DNA of 64,000 nt from Raja brachyura (Eukaryota): assembly GCA_963514005.1 (NCBI GenBank), contig OY740814.1, positions 16,244,001-16,308,000 of the forward strand, in the 5' to 3' direction. The notes below the pieces were generated by a model. It was not told where the DNA came from and searched no databases. It saw only the letters and a list, made by a program, of their open reading frames with translations. The position numbers were made by a program, and so were the translations under genes. Of this stretch, positions 25,496 through 38,850 are shown one piece after another (position 1 is the stretch's first letter; every line of letters begins with the position of its first letter).

Positions 25496-28400
25496 TAAGT
25501 TTGTTCTTTCTGAATCTTTTTCTTGCATGGGGTATTTCACAATATGCCACTAGTTCAATGCATGCTTGTACTGGGCATCTTTCCCCCACATGCGCTGTGA
25601 TGGCGCCCTGATATCTATCAGACCCGTGCGTTAAAATCCTTCCTGATTCTTACTTTGGTTTTAACCAACTGACATGTGAACATGTGCTCGTTTCAATCAC
25701 CAGATTTCAGTTCATTGGGAGTGGCCACGGTTTAAGGCTGGCATGTTTTGTGTCTTGGTGCATGAAATGAATTATCAGACAATAAAAGTCTGTTTCTGGT
25801 TGAAGTTCTGTTCAGCAAACTAAACCCCGAGTCTTGGAATTCTCTTCCTTGACTTCCCAATGCCTTTTGAAATGTTGATTTGTAGCTTCCCAAGGGATCT
25901 CTTGTTAATGTAATTGTTTGTACAAATACCTGTTTTTAAAGGGTGTTTTATTTTGTTCACTCCTTGGATAATTGGGTTGAAAAGACTCCTTAAATTTAAC
26001 AGTTAAGTCTCCCACTTATTGGATTTTCAGGCACGCAGCCTGTCGCCTCCTGAACTGAGTTTGGAGACAGCTCATGAGATGAAAAGAAGTATTCTGGTAT
26101 CCTGTGTTTTTAATAGTTTTAAATTCCAATTGAAAATATAAATTACCATAGCTCAAAATATATTTAAACCACGTGGTTTAAAATACATGCACTGGCCAGC
26201 AGCACGCGATGTTTCTCCCTGTGATTGACTGCAGCTCCCCTGTGGCATTGAGTTTGCATCTCACTGTCGATGCATCTGCAGAGTGAAGCACTTTGACCGA
26301 GTGGTGGGACGGGGAGGGGCTGGATACCCTTCCACCGATGATGGAGAACTGTAAATTGCCCATATGAGCGGTGATGCAATCTATGGGTTGAGTGGCGCAG
26401 AGGGGCTGTGTTGCCAGTGAATCGGTCTTGTGGTGAGGCAAGTCTGTTCGAAGGTCATCCAGAGGCTTTCTGAACCCGACACTTGCATTTCTCTGCTGGA
26501 GGTGACTATTTCTAGAATCTGCAAAACATGCCTTGATGGTTCTTTGACTTCAATGGTGATAGCTTGATACCCCATTACTCACAGGCTATGCATGCGCAGA
26601 ATTATTATTAGCTATACCTTGCAGACGTCTCTCAGAGGGTTGTGAGGTCAGAAATGCAGAAGTTGGCTGATATCATGGCCTGTTTACTGCAATCTGGCTG
26701 TGATATTTTAGTGCCAAGTTAAAAGCTTTACTTAAAGCTTGGCACAAGTTGCTGTGGTGTGCACTGCTCCGCAGCAGGAGCCTGGAGATCTCCAGCTGAA
26801 CTTGCTCCTATTGAAGAGAGCAGGAATCGTACAAGCAACCACCCAAAGACTCTGCGTAGGGGTGAAGTGCTTTTAGTTTTAACCTCCGGGTTACAGTCTG
26901 TAATTTCTGAAGCAAAGATCAAAATACTACGAGTGCGAATCCTCCTGAGGAGTAATGAAGTCTGAAGACGACTTGGAAGATGAAGAGAATTTAGTACGAT
27001 GCTTGAGTGGGGTTATAAACTGGGGCCATGCGATTCTTCTGAAGTTATAGAACAGTGTTCAGAGCCTGCCGTGATAGTGTCGTCGTTCTTTCCAGCCCTG
27101 ATCTGCACTGTGCCAGTTGTGGAGTTCATTAACAGCAAACTGCATTTGAAATTACAAATCTGTCTGAATCCTGGAAGCATTCTTGACCAGTATGAAGCAC
27201 TGGTTTTCCTGTGCCTCTGTGCCCTCTGTAGGTATCTTGCATCAAAGCTCTCTTTAGTTTAAATTAGTATTTAGGAGTTTGCATGCGAACGTGCAGCGTG
27301 GTTTTAGTCTGATCACGTCCAGTGTTACTAAGTTGTGATTAGTAATGTTGTATTGTGGTTTTTCCTGCCATGCTCTGCAGCAGAGCCAAGTGCTTTTTCA
27401 AGGAGGGAATGACTGAGTATCTGATGGCTGCGGAATATAGATATCCATATTGATCCAAAGTGGTTCTGCAACCTTTAATAATAGATGCGTGGGAGTGAAT
27501 GAATAGGCTGTAATCCAGTTGAGTAAGTGATGTCATTAGCTGCAAGGCCAACGCGTCGAGTGATTTCTAATCACTGGATCCTTTCCAAACACAAAATATT
27601 TATTTATTTTAGCCTTGTCTGTGGCTTTTGGGTTTATATCTTTCGGTTTTGCAACTGTTCCTCTCCCTGATCTGTTTGCAGCCTGGTGAATTGTTTTCCA
27701 ACATTGAGCAATTTACCATTCTGCGAGTACTCTAGTACATTATAGACGACAAAGCAATCACTGAAAATGTTTGGCACCCTTGCAATAATCCAAAGGAATT
27801 TTATTAATTTTGATACCCAAAAAATACATTCTAACATTATATATTGAAATCAATGTAAGCATCTGTAAGGAGGGATCGGACAATTGTACTGTATCTTCCT
27901 GTTCTTGCCTCGCAGTTCATTTCACATATAGGTACTGTACTTAACAGGATTCAAACAAGCATGTTGAGCTAATTTTAAACATGTCCTTTCCCTAACCCCT
28001 CTCTCACCTTCTTTAAAACTCTCTACAGCACTATTATCTCCTTATGTGATTTGGCATCATTTTAACGTGCCCCTGTTTCATTTTACAATGATAAGAACAC
28101 TATAAATGTAGATAGTAAGTTTTGTCTGGGTTTGTGGTATGCTTTATATTGGTCATTGGGTGTTTTATTAAAGTTCATTATTTCCTCTGCCTTTTTCCAA
28201 TATTTGTCCTCATTTGACATGGATGGTTAGAAGTTGGGGAAATTCTCATGGGCATTAGTTGCTGGCGATCATTTGTATCTTGTAGTAACGCCGGATGGAA
28301 AAAAAGCTCTTCAGTCCACCAGGTCTGCAACACCATCAAACCCCCATTTACACAATCCCAATTTTATTTTCCCCACATTCCCATTTACAGATTTTAAATC

Positions 28401-29131
28401 TTATCACATCGACATCTGAGGGTCAATTAGTAACCGTTTAACCAATCATCTTTGGGATGTGGGAAAATATCCAGAGGTACTTCACATGAGTGAACTTGGA
28501 ACAAAATAAAGAGATGGGAAAGGAATAAATTGGTCAGATCACTTCAGTATTTTCAGGTTCTGTGGAAAGCTTCTAATGGACTCTGGTCTGTGGGTTGTGT
28601 GCTTGGAGGTTTACCTTCAGTGATGACATCAGGAGAAACTGTTGTCACAGTAATGGAAATATTGAAATGTTGCACCCTTTCTTTCTTCCTCCCCCTCCCA
28701 CCCCCCACCCCACCCCCCCCACATAAATTATTATGTTGGGATTTTATTGGAAAATTCAACGTTGAGGTTTGTTGATTTTTGTTCGTCAAAGGGTTTGGGA
28801 GCCAAGGCAGTGAGTGGTTGGAATTAGAATGTAGGTGTCATACTCTGGTTACATTCAGTATGACACTGTAGCGTACATAGCTTGTGGAGCTAATGCCTCA
28901 GTTCCACTGATCCTTCTTCATTCCTAACCCCATTTTGCGCATTGCACATGTTCCCTGTGTGTGGGCTTTCTCCAGGTGCTCTGGTTTCCTTGACTACTGT
29001 AAATTGCTCATGGTGGTAGAAATGTTGGGAGAATAAGTTGCGGGGAAAGTTAGTGGGAGAGTGTGAATCTTATGTAAACGGACAAGGGCCTGGTGTGAAT
29101 ATGTCTTCCAATGTTGTATGGAAATAAGTTC

Positions 29132-29575
29132 ATTCATTCATAAGTGATGGGAGCAGAGTTATGCCATCTAACCCAGCAAGTCTACTCTGCCATTCAATCA
29201 TGGCTGATCTATCTTTCCCTCCTAACCCCATTCTCCTGCCTTCTCCTCATAACTCCTGACACCTGTACTAATCAAGAATCTATCTATCTCTGTGTTAAAA
29301 ATATCCATGACTTGGCCTACTCAGCCTTCTGTGGCAATGAATTCCATAGATTCACCATCCTTTGACTCAAGAAATTCCTCCTGGTCTCCTTCCTAAAGGA
29401 ACATCCTTTAATTCTGAAGCTATGACCTCTTCTTAAACTCCCAGTAGTGGAAACATCCTCTCCACATCCACCCTATCCAGGCCTTTCACTATTCGGTAAG
29501 TTTTAATCATCCTTCTAAACTCCAGCAAGTAGAGGCCTTGTGCTGTCGAACGTTCATCATATGTTAACCCTCTCT
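29132..29575 (-). mobile_element. CR1-like LINE 3' end
   Basis: LEFRRMIKTYRIVKGLDRVDVERMFPL; cataag tail. Confidence 0.85.
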
Positions 29576-29686
29576 GGAATATGGTTAAACAGCAGAGTAA
29601 ACATGGACTGAATAGCCTGATCATGTGACGGGTTCTTATTTTTGTTAGCTGGTATCAAGGTATTAAAAGTTGTATGGTTTCAAATA

Positions 29687-31285
29687 CAGTGCCCATCTTA
29701 ATGTTTGGGACAAAGATCCATCCTTTTTATTTGCCTCTGTACTCCACAATTTGAGATTTGTAATAGGAAAAAATCACATGTGGTTAAAGTGCGCATTGTC
29801 AGATTTTGATGAAGTCCATTTTCATACGTTTTGGTTTCACCATGTAGAAATTACAGCAGTGTTTATGCATAGTCACCCCATTTCAGGGCACCATAATGTT
29901 TGGGACACAGCAGTGTCCTGTAAATGAAAGTAGCCATGTTTAGGATTTTGTTAATATCCTTTGCATGCCACGACTGCTTGAAGTCTGCAATTCATGGACA
30001 TCACCAGTTGCTGGGTGCCTTCACTGGTGATGCTCCGCCAGGCCATCTTTTTTAGCTTGTGCTTGTTTTGTCCCCTTCACGCTCAATTGGGTTCAGATCG
30101 GGTGTTGACTTGGCCACTCAAGAATTCACAATTTTTTTAGCTTTGAAAAACTCCTTTGTTGCTTTAGCAGTATGTTTGGGATCATTGTCTTGCTGTAGAA
30201 TGAACCCCCCGGCCATGGGTTTTGAGGCATTTGTTTGAACTGGAGCAGATAGGATGTGTCGATACACTTCAGAATTCATTACACTACTACCATCAGCAGT
30301 TGTATATCAATGGAGATAGGTGAGCCAGTACCTTCAGCAGCCATACATGCCCAGGCCATAACACCCCCACCACAGATGAGGTGGTATGCTTTGGATCTTG
30401 GGCAGTTCCTTCTCCCCTCCATACTTTGCTCTTGCCATCACTCTGATATGTTATCATCATCTCATCTGTCCACAAGACCTTTTTCCAGAACTGTGGTTGC
30501 TTTTTTAAGAACTTCTTGGCAAACTGTAACCTGGCCATCCTATTTTTGCAGCTAACCAGTGGTTTGCATCTTGCAGTGTCACCACTGTAGTTCTGTTCAT
30601 GAAGTCTTCTGCGGACAGTGGTCATTGACAAATCCACACCTGACTCCTGAAGAGTGTTTCTGATCTGTCGGACAGGTGTTTGGGGATTTTTCTTTATTAT
30701 AGAGAGAATTATTTTGTCATCAGCTGTGGAGGTCTTCCTGGGCCTGCCAGTCCATTTGCGATTAGTCAGCTCACCAGTGCTCTCTTTCTTCTTAATGATG
30801 TTCCAAACAGTTGATTTTGGTAAGCCTAAGGTTTGGCTGATGTCTCTAACAGTTTTATTCTTCTTTCTCAGTCTCATAATGGCTTCTCTGACTTTCATTG
30901 CCACAACTTTGATCCTCATGTTGATATTGATAAACTGCAATAAAAGTTTCCAAAGGTGATGGAAAGACTGGAGGAAAGACTAGGTGCTGAGAGCTCTTAT
31001 ACCTGCATTAAGGAGGCAATTAAACACACCTGAGCAATTACACCTGTGCAGCCATGTGTCCTAAACACTGTGGTGCCCTGAAATGGGGGGGACTATGTAT
31101 AAACACTGCTGTAATTTATACATGGTGAAACCAAAATGTATAAAAATGGCCTTTAATAAAATCTGACAATGTGTACTTTAACCACATGTGATTTTTTAAA
31201 CAACTATTACAAATCTCAAATTATGGAGTACAGAGGCAAATAAATAAATGATGGGTCTTTGTCCCAAACATTATGTAGGGCACTG
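29687..31285 (-). mobile_element. Tc1-family DNA transposon, IR/DR type, degenerate transposase
   Basis: TA|CAGTGCCC..GGGCACTG|TA; about 220-bp TIRs with the internal repeat taatgtttgggaca; ORF 30293-30940 has paired-like HTH (PKSTVWNII), GRPRK and KVLWTDE; frameshifted downstream. Confidence 0.95.
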
Positions 31286-32094
31286 TATATTTAACTTGAA
31301 TCTGGCAGGACGGCAGTTTGAAACTAGAGACTCTGACGAGAGGGTTACTGAGTACAAAGCCGAGGCAGCACTTGATAATTATGGGTCTCCCTTTAGGATT
31401 GAGCTAAAGGTTTTGCACATTAGTAAAACCAGCAACAGGAGAACTATCATTACACACTGCAACAGCTGCCAGAGGCTCGAAGTTTACTCTTGAATTGGAA
31501 TTTGTATTTGTCATGTTGGAAAATTAAGGAGTGGAAGGAGGGGCAATGGTGGTAGCGGGGTCAGAGTTGCTAATAGAAAATAAATTAAGAGTAGATTCTT
31601 GGAGTGTGCCCTACCTCTTAAACCTACTACACTCCTTTATTGAAGTCCTTGGTAATTGTTGCCATTTTCCATGCTCGTGTCGCACACATCCCGAGTTCCC
31701 TTGACCTGGAATTTCCTTCCTAAATCCTATCATTCCACTCTCTTTTAATGTGCTCCTTCACAGGTTAGTCTTTGTGCACTGGTTTGTGTAAATTGGCATC
31801 AGCTTGTAGCTGACAGTTGCACCTGTGGTGTATCGAATGCTTCACTGGATTAACAAGGCTACATAAATGGAAATAGTTGCTGAATTCCATTTGCCAAGTA
31901 AGGCTGGGCATTGACTAGCTTCTTGGCAGTTTTGAGAGATGCTTCATGAGCCAATGTTTGCTTCCTTCCCAACATTTTGTTGACCCATACTCATTCTCTC
32001 AGTAGAAATTACAGAAGCCCTTACTGAGATGTATGATTCATCGTTAAACGGGCAAAGTGCCGGAAGACGAAAAGAGGCTAATGTTGTGCCAAAC

Positions 32095-32365
32095 AAGGCA
32101 TTGGTATAAGGCGAAAGGGGAAAGATTTAATAGGAACCTGAGGGGCAACTTTTTCACATGGAGGCTGGTGGGTTTATGGATCAAACTGCCAGAGGAAGTA
32201 GTTGAAGCAAGTGCAATCTCAACATTTAAAAGACATTTGGATACGTACATAAATAAGAAATGTTTGAGGAATATGGGCCAAATGTAGGCAAATGGGAGTA
32301 ACTTAGATAGGCCATCTTGGGCATGGGTGAGTTGGGGCAGATGGGCCTGTTTCAATGTTGTCTAT
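32095..32365 (+). mobile_element. CR1-like LINE 3' end
   Basis: KGERFNRNLRGNFFTWRLVGLWIKLPEEVVEASAISTFKRHLD. Confidence 0.88.
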
Positions 32366-33557
32366 GAGTTAGGAGTTTCAAGGCTTCCTGCTCATGTACA
32401 GATTGTTGCGCATTTTACAAGTGTATGCATCATTGGAGAGACCAGGATCCACTTCACCTTCCAATTGCCCCGAAGAAGGTGGTAGTGAGTTGGTGCCTTG
32501 ACCCACTGCGGTCTGTTTAGCATGAGTGCTCCCACGCTGCTCCTTGAAGGGAATTCCTGGTAATAGACTCATTGCCAATGATGGGCAGTGCAAGCAATGT
32601 ATGTTACATCCAGCATGCTGCATGTGATCATGCAGGGTCACAACAGGTTCCTGGACTTTACATTGCTGCAAAGATAGATGGAATGAAGAGACATTGTCCT
32701 CTACTGCCATAGCAGAAACCTTTGTTTTCTCATTTCATTCTCTTCCAAGAATCTTATGAAGCTAAAATCAAAGTGTTGGAGGAATGTAATGGGTTAAGCA
32801 GCATCTGTGGGGGGGAAATTGACTGATGATGTTTGGGGTTATGACCCTTCTGCATACTAACTACCCGTTGAGTTCCTCGAGCAGTTTGTTTTCTGCTCCA
32901 GCTTCCAACATCTGCAGTCCCTTATGCAGCAAGGCCTGATTGGAGGATGCAGCAAATACAAAAAGGCAACTTAACAAAGTGATAAGCAAGTGAACTCATG
33001 GTGTTCCTGAGGTGAATTATGCAAGTTTATAGAAATTGGGCGAAACGTGAGAGCGAGAGAGAGGGGGAAAGAACGATAGTGATGGCAGAATGGTTGGAAG
33101 TTGCCTGTGGGAATAATAAACATCGGATGTAAATTTAACTGATTCCTATGGACCTGTCATTCCTACACTTAGTGATGTGTTCATCCCTGAGGGCGCAGGA
33201 TTTGTCACTTAACCACTCAATGCTGGAATATTTTTGGTCCCCGAGTCATGGCCAAGTGTCCGTACTCTCGCCTCTGTTGGAGGAGGTTGTTGGTTTGTCC
33301 CATCTCAGAGGTGCGAGTGCAGAAATCCAACCTGAAGCTTTATTGAGGCACTGAGGGAATGCTACACAGTCAGAGAACAGTGTTGCAAGCGAGTGGTTAA
33401 ACTGAGACTCTTTGCCCACTCAAGTTGATGCGATAGATCCACCTGAGGGAAGCTGAGCAGGACATGGGTTGGGAGTAATGCTGGGAGGTTGTGATTTGGG
33501 GGCAATAAAAATGTGATGTACGATTGTGAAGGCGAGCTGCTGTATATTTCTGGTGTT

Positions 33558-33753
33558 ACACAAAAAGCTGGAGAAACTCAGCGGGTGCAGCAGCATCTAA
33601 GGAGCGAAGGAGATAGGCGACGTTTCGGGTCGAGACCCTTCTTCAGCCTCTAAGGAGCGAAGGAGATAGGCGACGTTTCGGGTCGAGACCCTTCTTCAGG
33701 TTCTAAGGAGCGAAGGAGATAGGCGACGTTTCGGGTCGAGACCCTTCTTCAGG
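33558..33753 (-). mobile_element. Penelope-derived element with three tandem hammerhead-like units, 16-bp TSD
   Basis: Identical 51-nt units at 33596-33646, 33649-33699 and 33702-33752; gtatatttctggtgtt at 33542-33557 and 33754-33769. Confidence 0.92.
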
Positions 33754-33941
33754 GTATATTTCTGGTGTTCTGGGGCCGGATTTCGCTTTCAGCCAGTGTT
33801 ACTAAAACCTTTATCTCTGTGACATTTGTGGGATCTTGCAGTGTGTAAATTGGCTGTGAACAACAGGGACTACATCTCATACATCATTGAATTGTAATGC
33901 GTTTTAAGATGTTGATAAGGGAAAAAGAGCAATATAGTCTG

Positions 33942-34036
33942 TGTGGGAAGGAACTTCAGATGCTGGTTTATACCGAAGATAGACACCAAGCGCTGGAATA
34001 ACTCAACGGGATAGGCAGCATCTCTGGAGAGAAGGC
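33942..34036 (-). mobile_element. Penelope-derived tail fragment without the hammerhead core, 10-bp direct repeat
   Basis: ggaaggaacttcagatgctgg..ggcagcatctctggagagaagg; atatagtctg at 33932-33941 and 34037-34046. Confidence 0.75.
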
Positions 34037-34407
34037 ATATAGTCTGGCTTGATTTAGTGATTCATGCTGAATCAAAAAATGTGGTGATGTGGCAAATTTT
34101 GGGGAGGACACCTTTCCTTTCTGGTAGCTTCTGAGGAGTGAGCTTTACTCTCGAATGGGCTGATGATCAGGTGAATAATGGATATGTTGATCAGTTAACA
34201 TGTACCCACGTTTTGCAGAGAGTCTGTGTTGTCAAACATGCCCGTGCCAGATTCTTGCACTGATTGGACGGGACAGATGTTGCTGTACAACATGCCAGAG
34301 TCAAAAAAGAAAGCTTTCCTTACATTGTTGAATTAAGATATTAACATGCTGTGCGGGCAACACTTCATAACTTCACTGGTGATAATTTTGCTTCTTTTTA
34401 ACTGCAG

Positions 34408-34538
34408 ACATCAGATTGGAGCAAATATGATGACCGTTTGCTGAAGGCAGTGGAAAAGGGAGATGTGGATAAAGTAACGTCAGTGCTGGCCAAGAGAGGG
34501 GTCATGCCGACCAAGCTGGATGTGGAGGGCAGATCAGC
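34408..34538 (+). CDS. UACA: UACA-like exon: TSDWSKYDDRLLKAVEKGDVDKVTSVLAKRGVMPTKLDVEGRSA
   Basis: Acceptor ttttaactgcag, donor GC|gtaagt; 131 nt, phase 0 to 2. Confidence 0.93.
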
Positions 34539-35556
34539 GTAAGTGTCCTGCAACCACTGCTACTCCTGGGCCCACCTTAGAGCAGCCTTTCAACTTCCAT
34601 GCTGAAGATTGACACAGAGTGGAGGTTCGACTCAACAAGTGGCGGGTGGAGAGGGGTGTCCCAGCAAGTGTGGGCGGGGGGGTTGACCTGGCGACGCGGG
34701 GGGGATATACGGGATGTTGTACAATATCTATTTGGCCTCCACTCGTTCACACTGTGTCGAGATTCCCCTTCCAGTCCACTGCTGGCACCCTCTCTCACTT
34801 TCTCTCTGGCTCCAGCTCCAAGTGTCCCTCTCCTTTCATGTGCCCCCACCCCACCACTCCCTACTCTCCTTGGGTTTCTCTCTCGCCTTCTCCCATGTTC
34901 AGACACTGACTTTGATTTGTGTTTATTCTGCTAATACCACCACCGCAAAAAGTCTGTGGTATTTTGACCTGGTTAAGGTCAGTAATTGGTCACATGGAAT
35001 ATTGTAGTGAATTGCTCAGTAAATCTGTGGTGAATTTTCTACTAAATCTGCTGCATTGCCAGACTCCTGTTTGTTTTGTCTACTTTTTATGCAGCATAAT
35101 ATCATGAAAGAATACTTTGTCTTATCGACTCAGAATCTGTTTAATTATGGTTGGAACTTGTTAGTTCAGGGTTAAACTGCGATGATCACTTCCAAAGTTG
35201 TGCATTCTGTTTTAGTGGAACACCAGTCACGATTCACCTACCGCTGGAGGAGATCAAAAGCAGTTAATTGAGAAAGAACAGAGGAGTTGTTCTCAATGGG
35301 AAGCCATTAAGTCTGACAATAGAAATTGATTTTTATTAAAATTAATTTGTTCGATGACTTCATCCTTTGTGATAAGTGTACAATGCCTCGGGCAGTGTTC
35401 TTTGGATAATGTTCCAAGTTGGTAAAATACCACTTTGCATTTAATAGCATCTTTGATGTAGTAAACCTTGAAGCCTTATCGGGAGTTCTGTCAAGCAAAG
35501 CCTAGTATTGCGCCACACAGGAAGATATTCAAATAGATGACCAGACAGACAAGTTT

Positions 35557-37185
35557 AAGTGCCTTCCTTCATGTTTGGGACAAAGACCAATCATTTATTT
35601 ATTTGCCTCTGTACTCCCCAATTTGAGATTTGTAATAGAAAAAAATCACATGTGGTTAAAGTGCACATTGTCAGATTTTATTAAAGGCCATTTTTATACA
35701 TTTTGGTTTCACCATGTAGAAATTACAGCTGTGTTTCTACATAGTCCCCCCCCCATTTCAGGGCACCATAATGTTTGGGACACATGGCTTAACAGGTGTT
35801 TGTAATTGCTCAGGTGTGTTTAATTGCCTCCTTAATGCAGGTATAACAGAGTTCTCAGCACCTAGTCTTTCCATCACCTTTACAAACCTTTATTGCTGTT
35901 TATCAACATGAGCACCAAAGTTGTGCCTCTGAAAGTCAAAGAAGTCATTCTGAGACTGAGAAACAAGAACAAAACTGTTGGAGACATCAGCCAAACCTTA
36001 GGCTTACCAAAATCAACTGTTGGAACATCATTAAGAAGAAAGAGAGCACTGGTGAGCTTACTAATCGCAAAGGGACTGGCAGGCTAAGGAAGACCTCCAC
36101 AGCTGATGACAGAAGAATTCTCTCTGTTATCCCCAATAATCCCCGATTATAAAATCCCCAAACACCCGTCCGACAGATCAGAAACACTCTTCAGGAGTCA
36201 GGTGTGGATTTGTCCATGACCACTGTCCGCAGAAGACTTCATGAACAGAAATACAGAGGCTACACTGCAAGATGCAAACCACTGGTTAGCCGCAAAAATA
36301 GGATGGTCATGTTACAGTTTGCCAAGAAGTACTTAAAAGAGCAACCACAGTTCTGGAAAAAGGTCTTGTGGACAGAGACAAAGATTAAGTTACATCAGAC
36401 TGAAGGCAAGAGCAAAGTATGGAGGAGAGAAGGAACTGCCCAAGATCCAAAGCATAGCACCTCATCTGTGAAACATGATGGTGGGCGTGTATGGCCTGGG
36501 CATGTATGGCTGCTGAAGGTACTGGCTCACTTATCTTCATTGATGATACAACTGCTGATGGTAGTAGCATAATGAATTCTGAAGTGTATCGACACATCCT
36601 ATCTGCTCAACTTCAAACAAATGCCTCAAAACTCATGGCTGGTGGTTCATTCTACAGCAAGACAATGACCCCAAACATACTGCTAAAGCAGGAAATGAGT
36701 TTTTCAAAGCTAAAAAATGGTCAATTCTTGAGTGGCCAAGTCAATCACCTGATCTGAACCCAATTGAGCATGCCTATTATATGCTGAAGCATATAAAATG
36801 CATAAAAGGCAAATCAAGCATAAACTAAAGATTGCTACAGTACAGGTCTGGCAGAGCATCACCAGAGAAGACACCCAGCAACTGGTGATGTCCATGAATT
36901 GCAGACTTCAAGCAGTCATTGCATGCCAAGGATATGCAGCAAAATACTAAACATGACTACTTCATTTACATGACATTGCTGTGTCCCAAACATTATGGGG
37001 CCCTGAAATGGGGGAACTGCTGTAATTTCTACATGGTGAAACCAAAATGTGTAAAAATTGCCTTTATTAAAATCTGACAATGTGCACTTTAACCATGTGA
37101 TTTTTTTTTTCCTTTACATATCTCAAATTGCGGAGGCAAATAAATAAATGACAGGTCTTTGTCCCAAACATTATGGAGGGCACTG
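35557..37185 (+). mobile_element. Tc1-family DNA transposon, second copy in opposite orientation, degenerate
   Basis: Same TIRs; fragments TTVRRRLHEQ, KVLWT(-)ETK, QQDNDPKH and WPSQSPDLNPIE in different frames; ends GGGCACTG|TA. Confidence 0.95.
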
Positions 37186-37439
37186 TATCTTTGTTTAATA
37201 CCCTGTGTTTTTCTAACATCAGAATATTTCATGTCTCTGAGAGAGCTCATCATGCCGGTAACGTATTTTTCCTCTACAGCTGTTTCTCCAAGAATTTATC
37301 AAAATCTGGTTAGAATTGTTGCGTTGGTTTATGTGAGTATTTGAGGCAACACTGCAGATCAGGCAGAAAAATACCTTTCTGGAAATTTTGCTCATTACCT
37401 TGGATCCGCATCCTCTTATTGCACTTTTCCCATCCTCAC

Positions 37440-37700
37440 TGCCTTCCAGCTGCATTGCTTCATTTAGCTTCACAATTTGCAACTCTTCAATCTTTTTGTC
37501 TCATATCAGTTTTTTCATCTCTAGCCTTTGTCCATCCATCTGCCGATCAAAATCCATTCACCTGTGTCAACCCATTACCCTGCCCCTCTTTTCACTTTAT
37601 TTTCCCCCTGCCGCCCCACCAAATCAGTCTGAATCCTCACCTATCCATGTTCTCCAGAGATGCTGCATGACCTGCTGAGTTACTCCAGCACTTTATGTTG
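37440..37700 (+). mobile_element. Penelope pseudo-LTR-derived element with the hammerhead core deleted
   Basis: aatcagtctgaa joined to cacctatccatgttctccagagatgctgcatgacctgctgagttactccagc. Confidence 0.65.
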
Positions 37701-38509
37701 TGAATTCTGTCTCTGATTCATTCTTAACATACAAAAATATTGATTTTGTATGAATTCCAACTGATGTCCTACAATAAAGATAGGACTTGTGCGTCAGGAT
37801 CTTTAGGCAGCTGCTAAGAGCAAACGCATTTTCCTGACAATAGATTTACCTGATTGGTAATGCTTTGCCCCATTTCAACAAGTAGCAAATTTTCTAACTA
37901 TTTGTGAATAGAGTTTTAGAGAAATACAATGCAGTTTTGCTCAGGGCATTCATGGGTTGTTGGTGAATTGAACTATCCAGAGGAAACTATGAATGTACAA
38001 TTTTCTGTTCAGTTAATTAAACACGGATGGTTTACAGGAGCATATATTTTGAAAGAATGACTTGTTCCAAAGTCTTGTTCCAAAACTTAATCATGCTGCA
38101 AATGACAGCGTGTTTCTTTTGGATGTTTCTCAGTACTTGCTTTGTGCAAGTATGATGCAGCTGAAAGCTAATTAGCTGACCTTCACTTAGTAACGCTGAG
38201 ATAATTCAACATAGCGGCTTCAGTTTGAATTTTAAAGAGTTTATTTCTAGCTACGTCAACAACAAATGTTGTTCAACTACCATAAAATCCAACAGGAACA
38301 TAATAAAAGGGAATGTAATTTATTTTTTTTGATTATGCAAATGATGCCACAGATATTTTACTTTTGCAAATAGAAATATCAGTAAGTGCTCTGAACATGT
38401 GAAAGTGTGAAGCAATCCATTGGGGAGAATGGGGAGAGACAATATGATCTCAATAGCAGTCCTGAAATGTGTGCACGGACAGAGGGACCAGGGTATATAG
38501 GTACATATC

Positions 38510-38850
38510 TCAAAGTCAAAAGAGTTTATTGTCATGTGTCCCTGACAGGACAATGAAATTCTTTCTTTGCATAGCACAACAGAACATAGTAGGCATTGAC
38601 TACAATTATATACGTAAATACACACATGAATGAATAAATTGATCAAGTGCAAATAACAGATGAAGGGGTATTAATGTTCAGAGTTTAATAGCCTGATGGA
38701 TGTGGGGAAGTAACTATTCCTGAACCGGGTCGTTGCAGTCCTCGGGCTCCGGTACCTTCTACCCGAAGGTAGCAGGGAGATGAGTGTGTGGTCAGGGTGG
38801 TGTGAGTCCTTGATGATGCTGCCAGCCTTTTTGAGGCAGCGACTGTGACT
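38510..38850 (-). mobile_element. Rex1/Babar-like LINE 3' fragment
   Basis: Translates to SRCLKKAGSIIKDSHHPDHTLISLLPSGRRYRSPRTATTRFRNSYFPTSIRLLN; caaagtcaa tail. Confidence 0.8.

Noticed and set aside
26160-27300. Unique, moderately GC-rich region as promoter or first exon
   Set aside because: No CpG island, recognisable protein motif or convincing in-frame donor; unsupported without transcript data.
30293-30940. Active or domesticated Tc1 transposase
   Set aside because: The ORF frameshifts after the first catalytic Asp. The second copy lacks that Asp and is also frameshifted.
33596-33752. CRISPR-like array
   Set aside because: Spacers are only 2 nt, the context is eukaryotic, there are no cas genes, and the units match the Penelope terminus.
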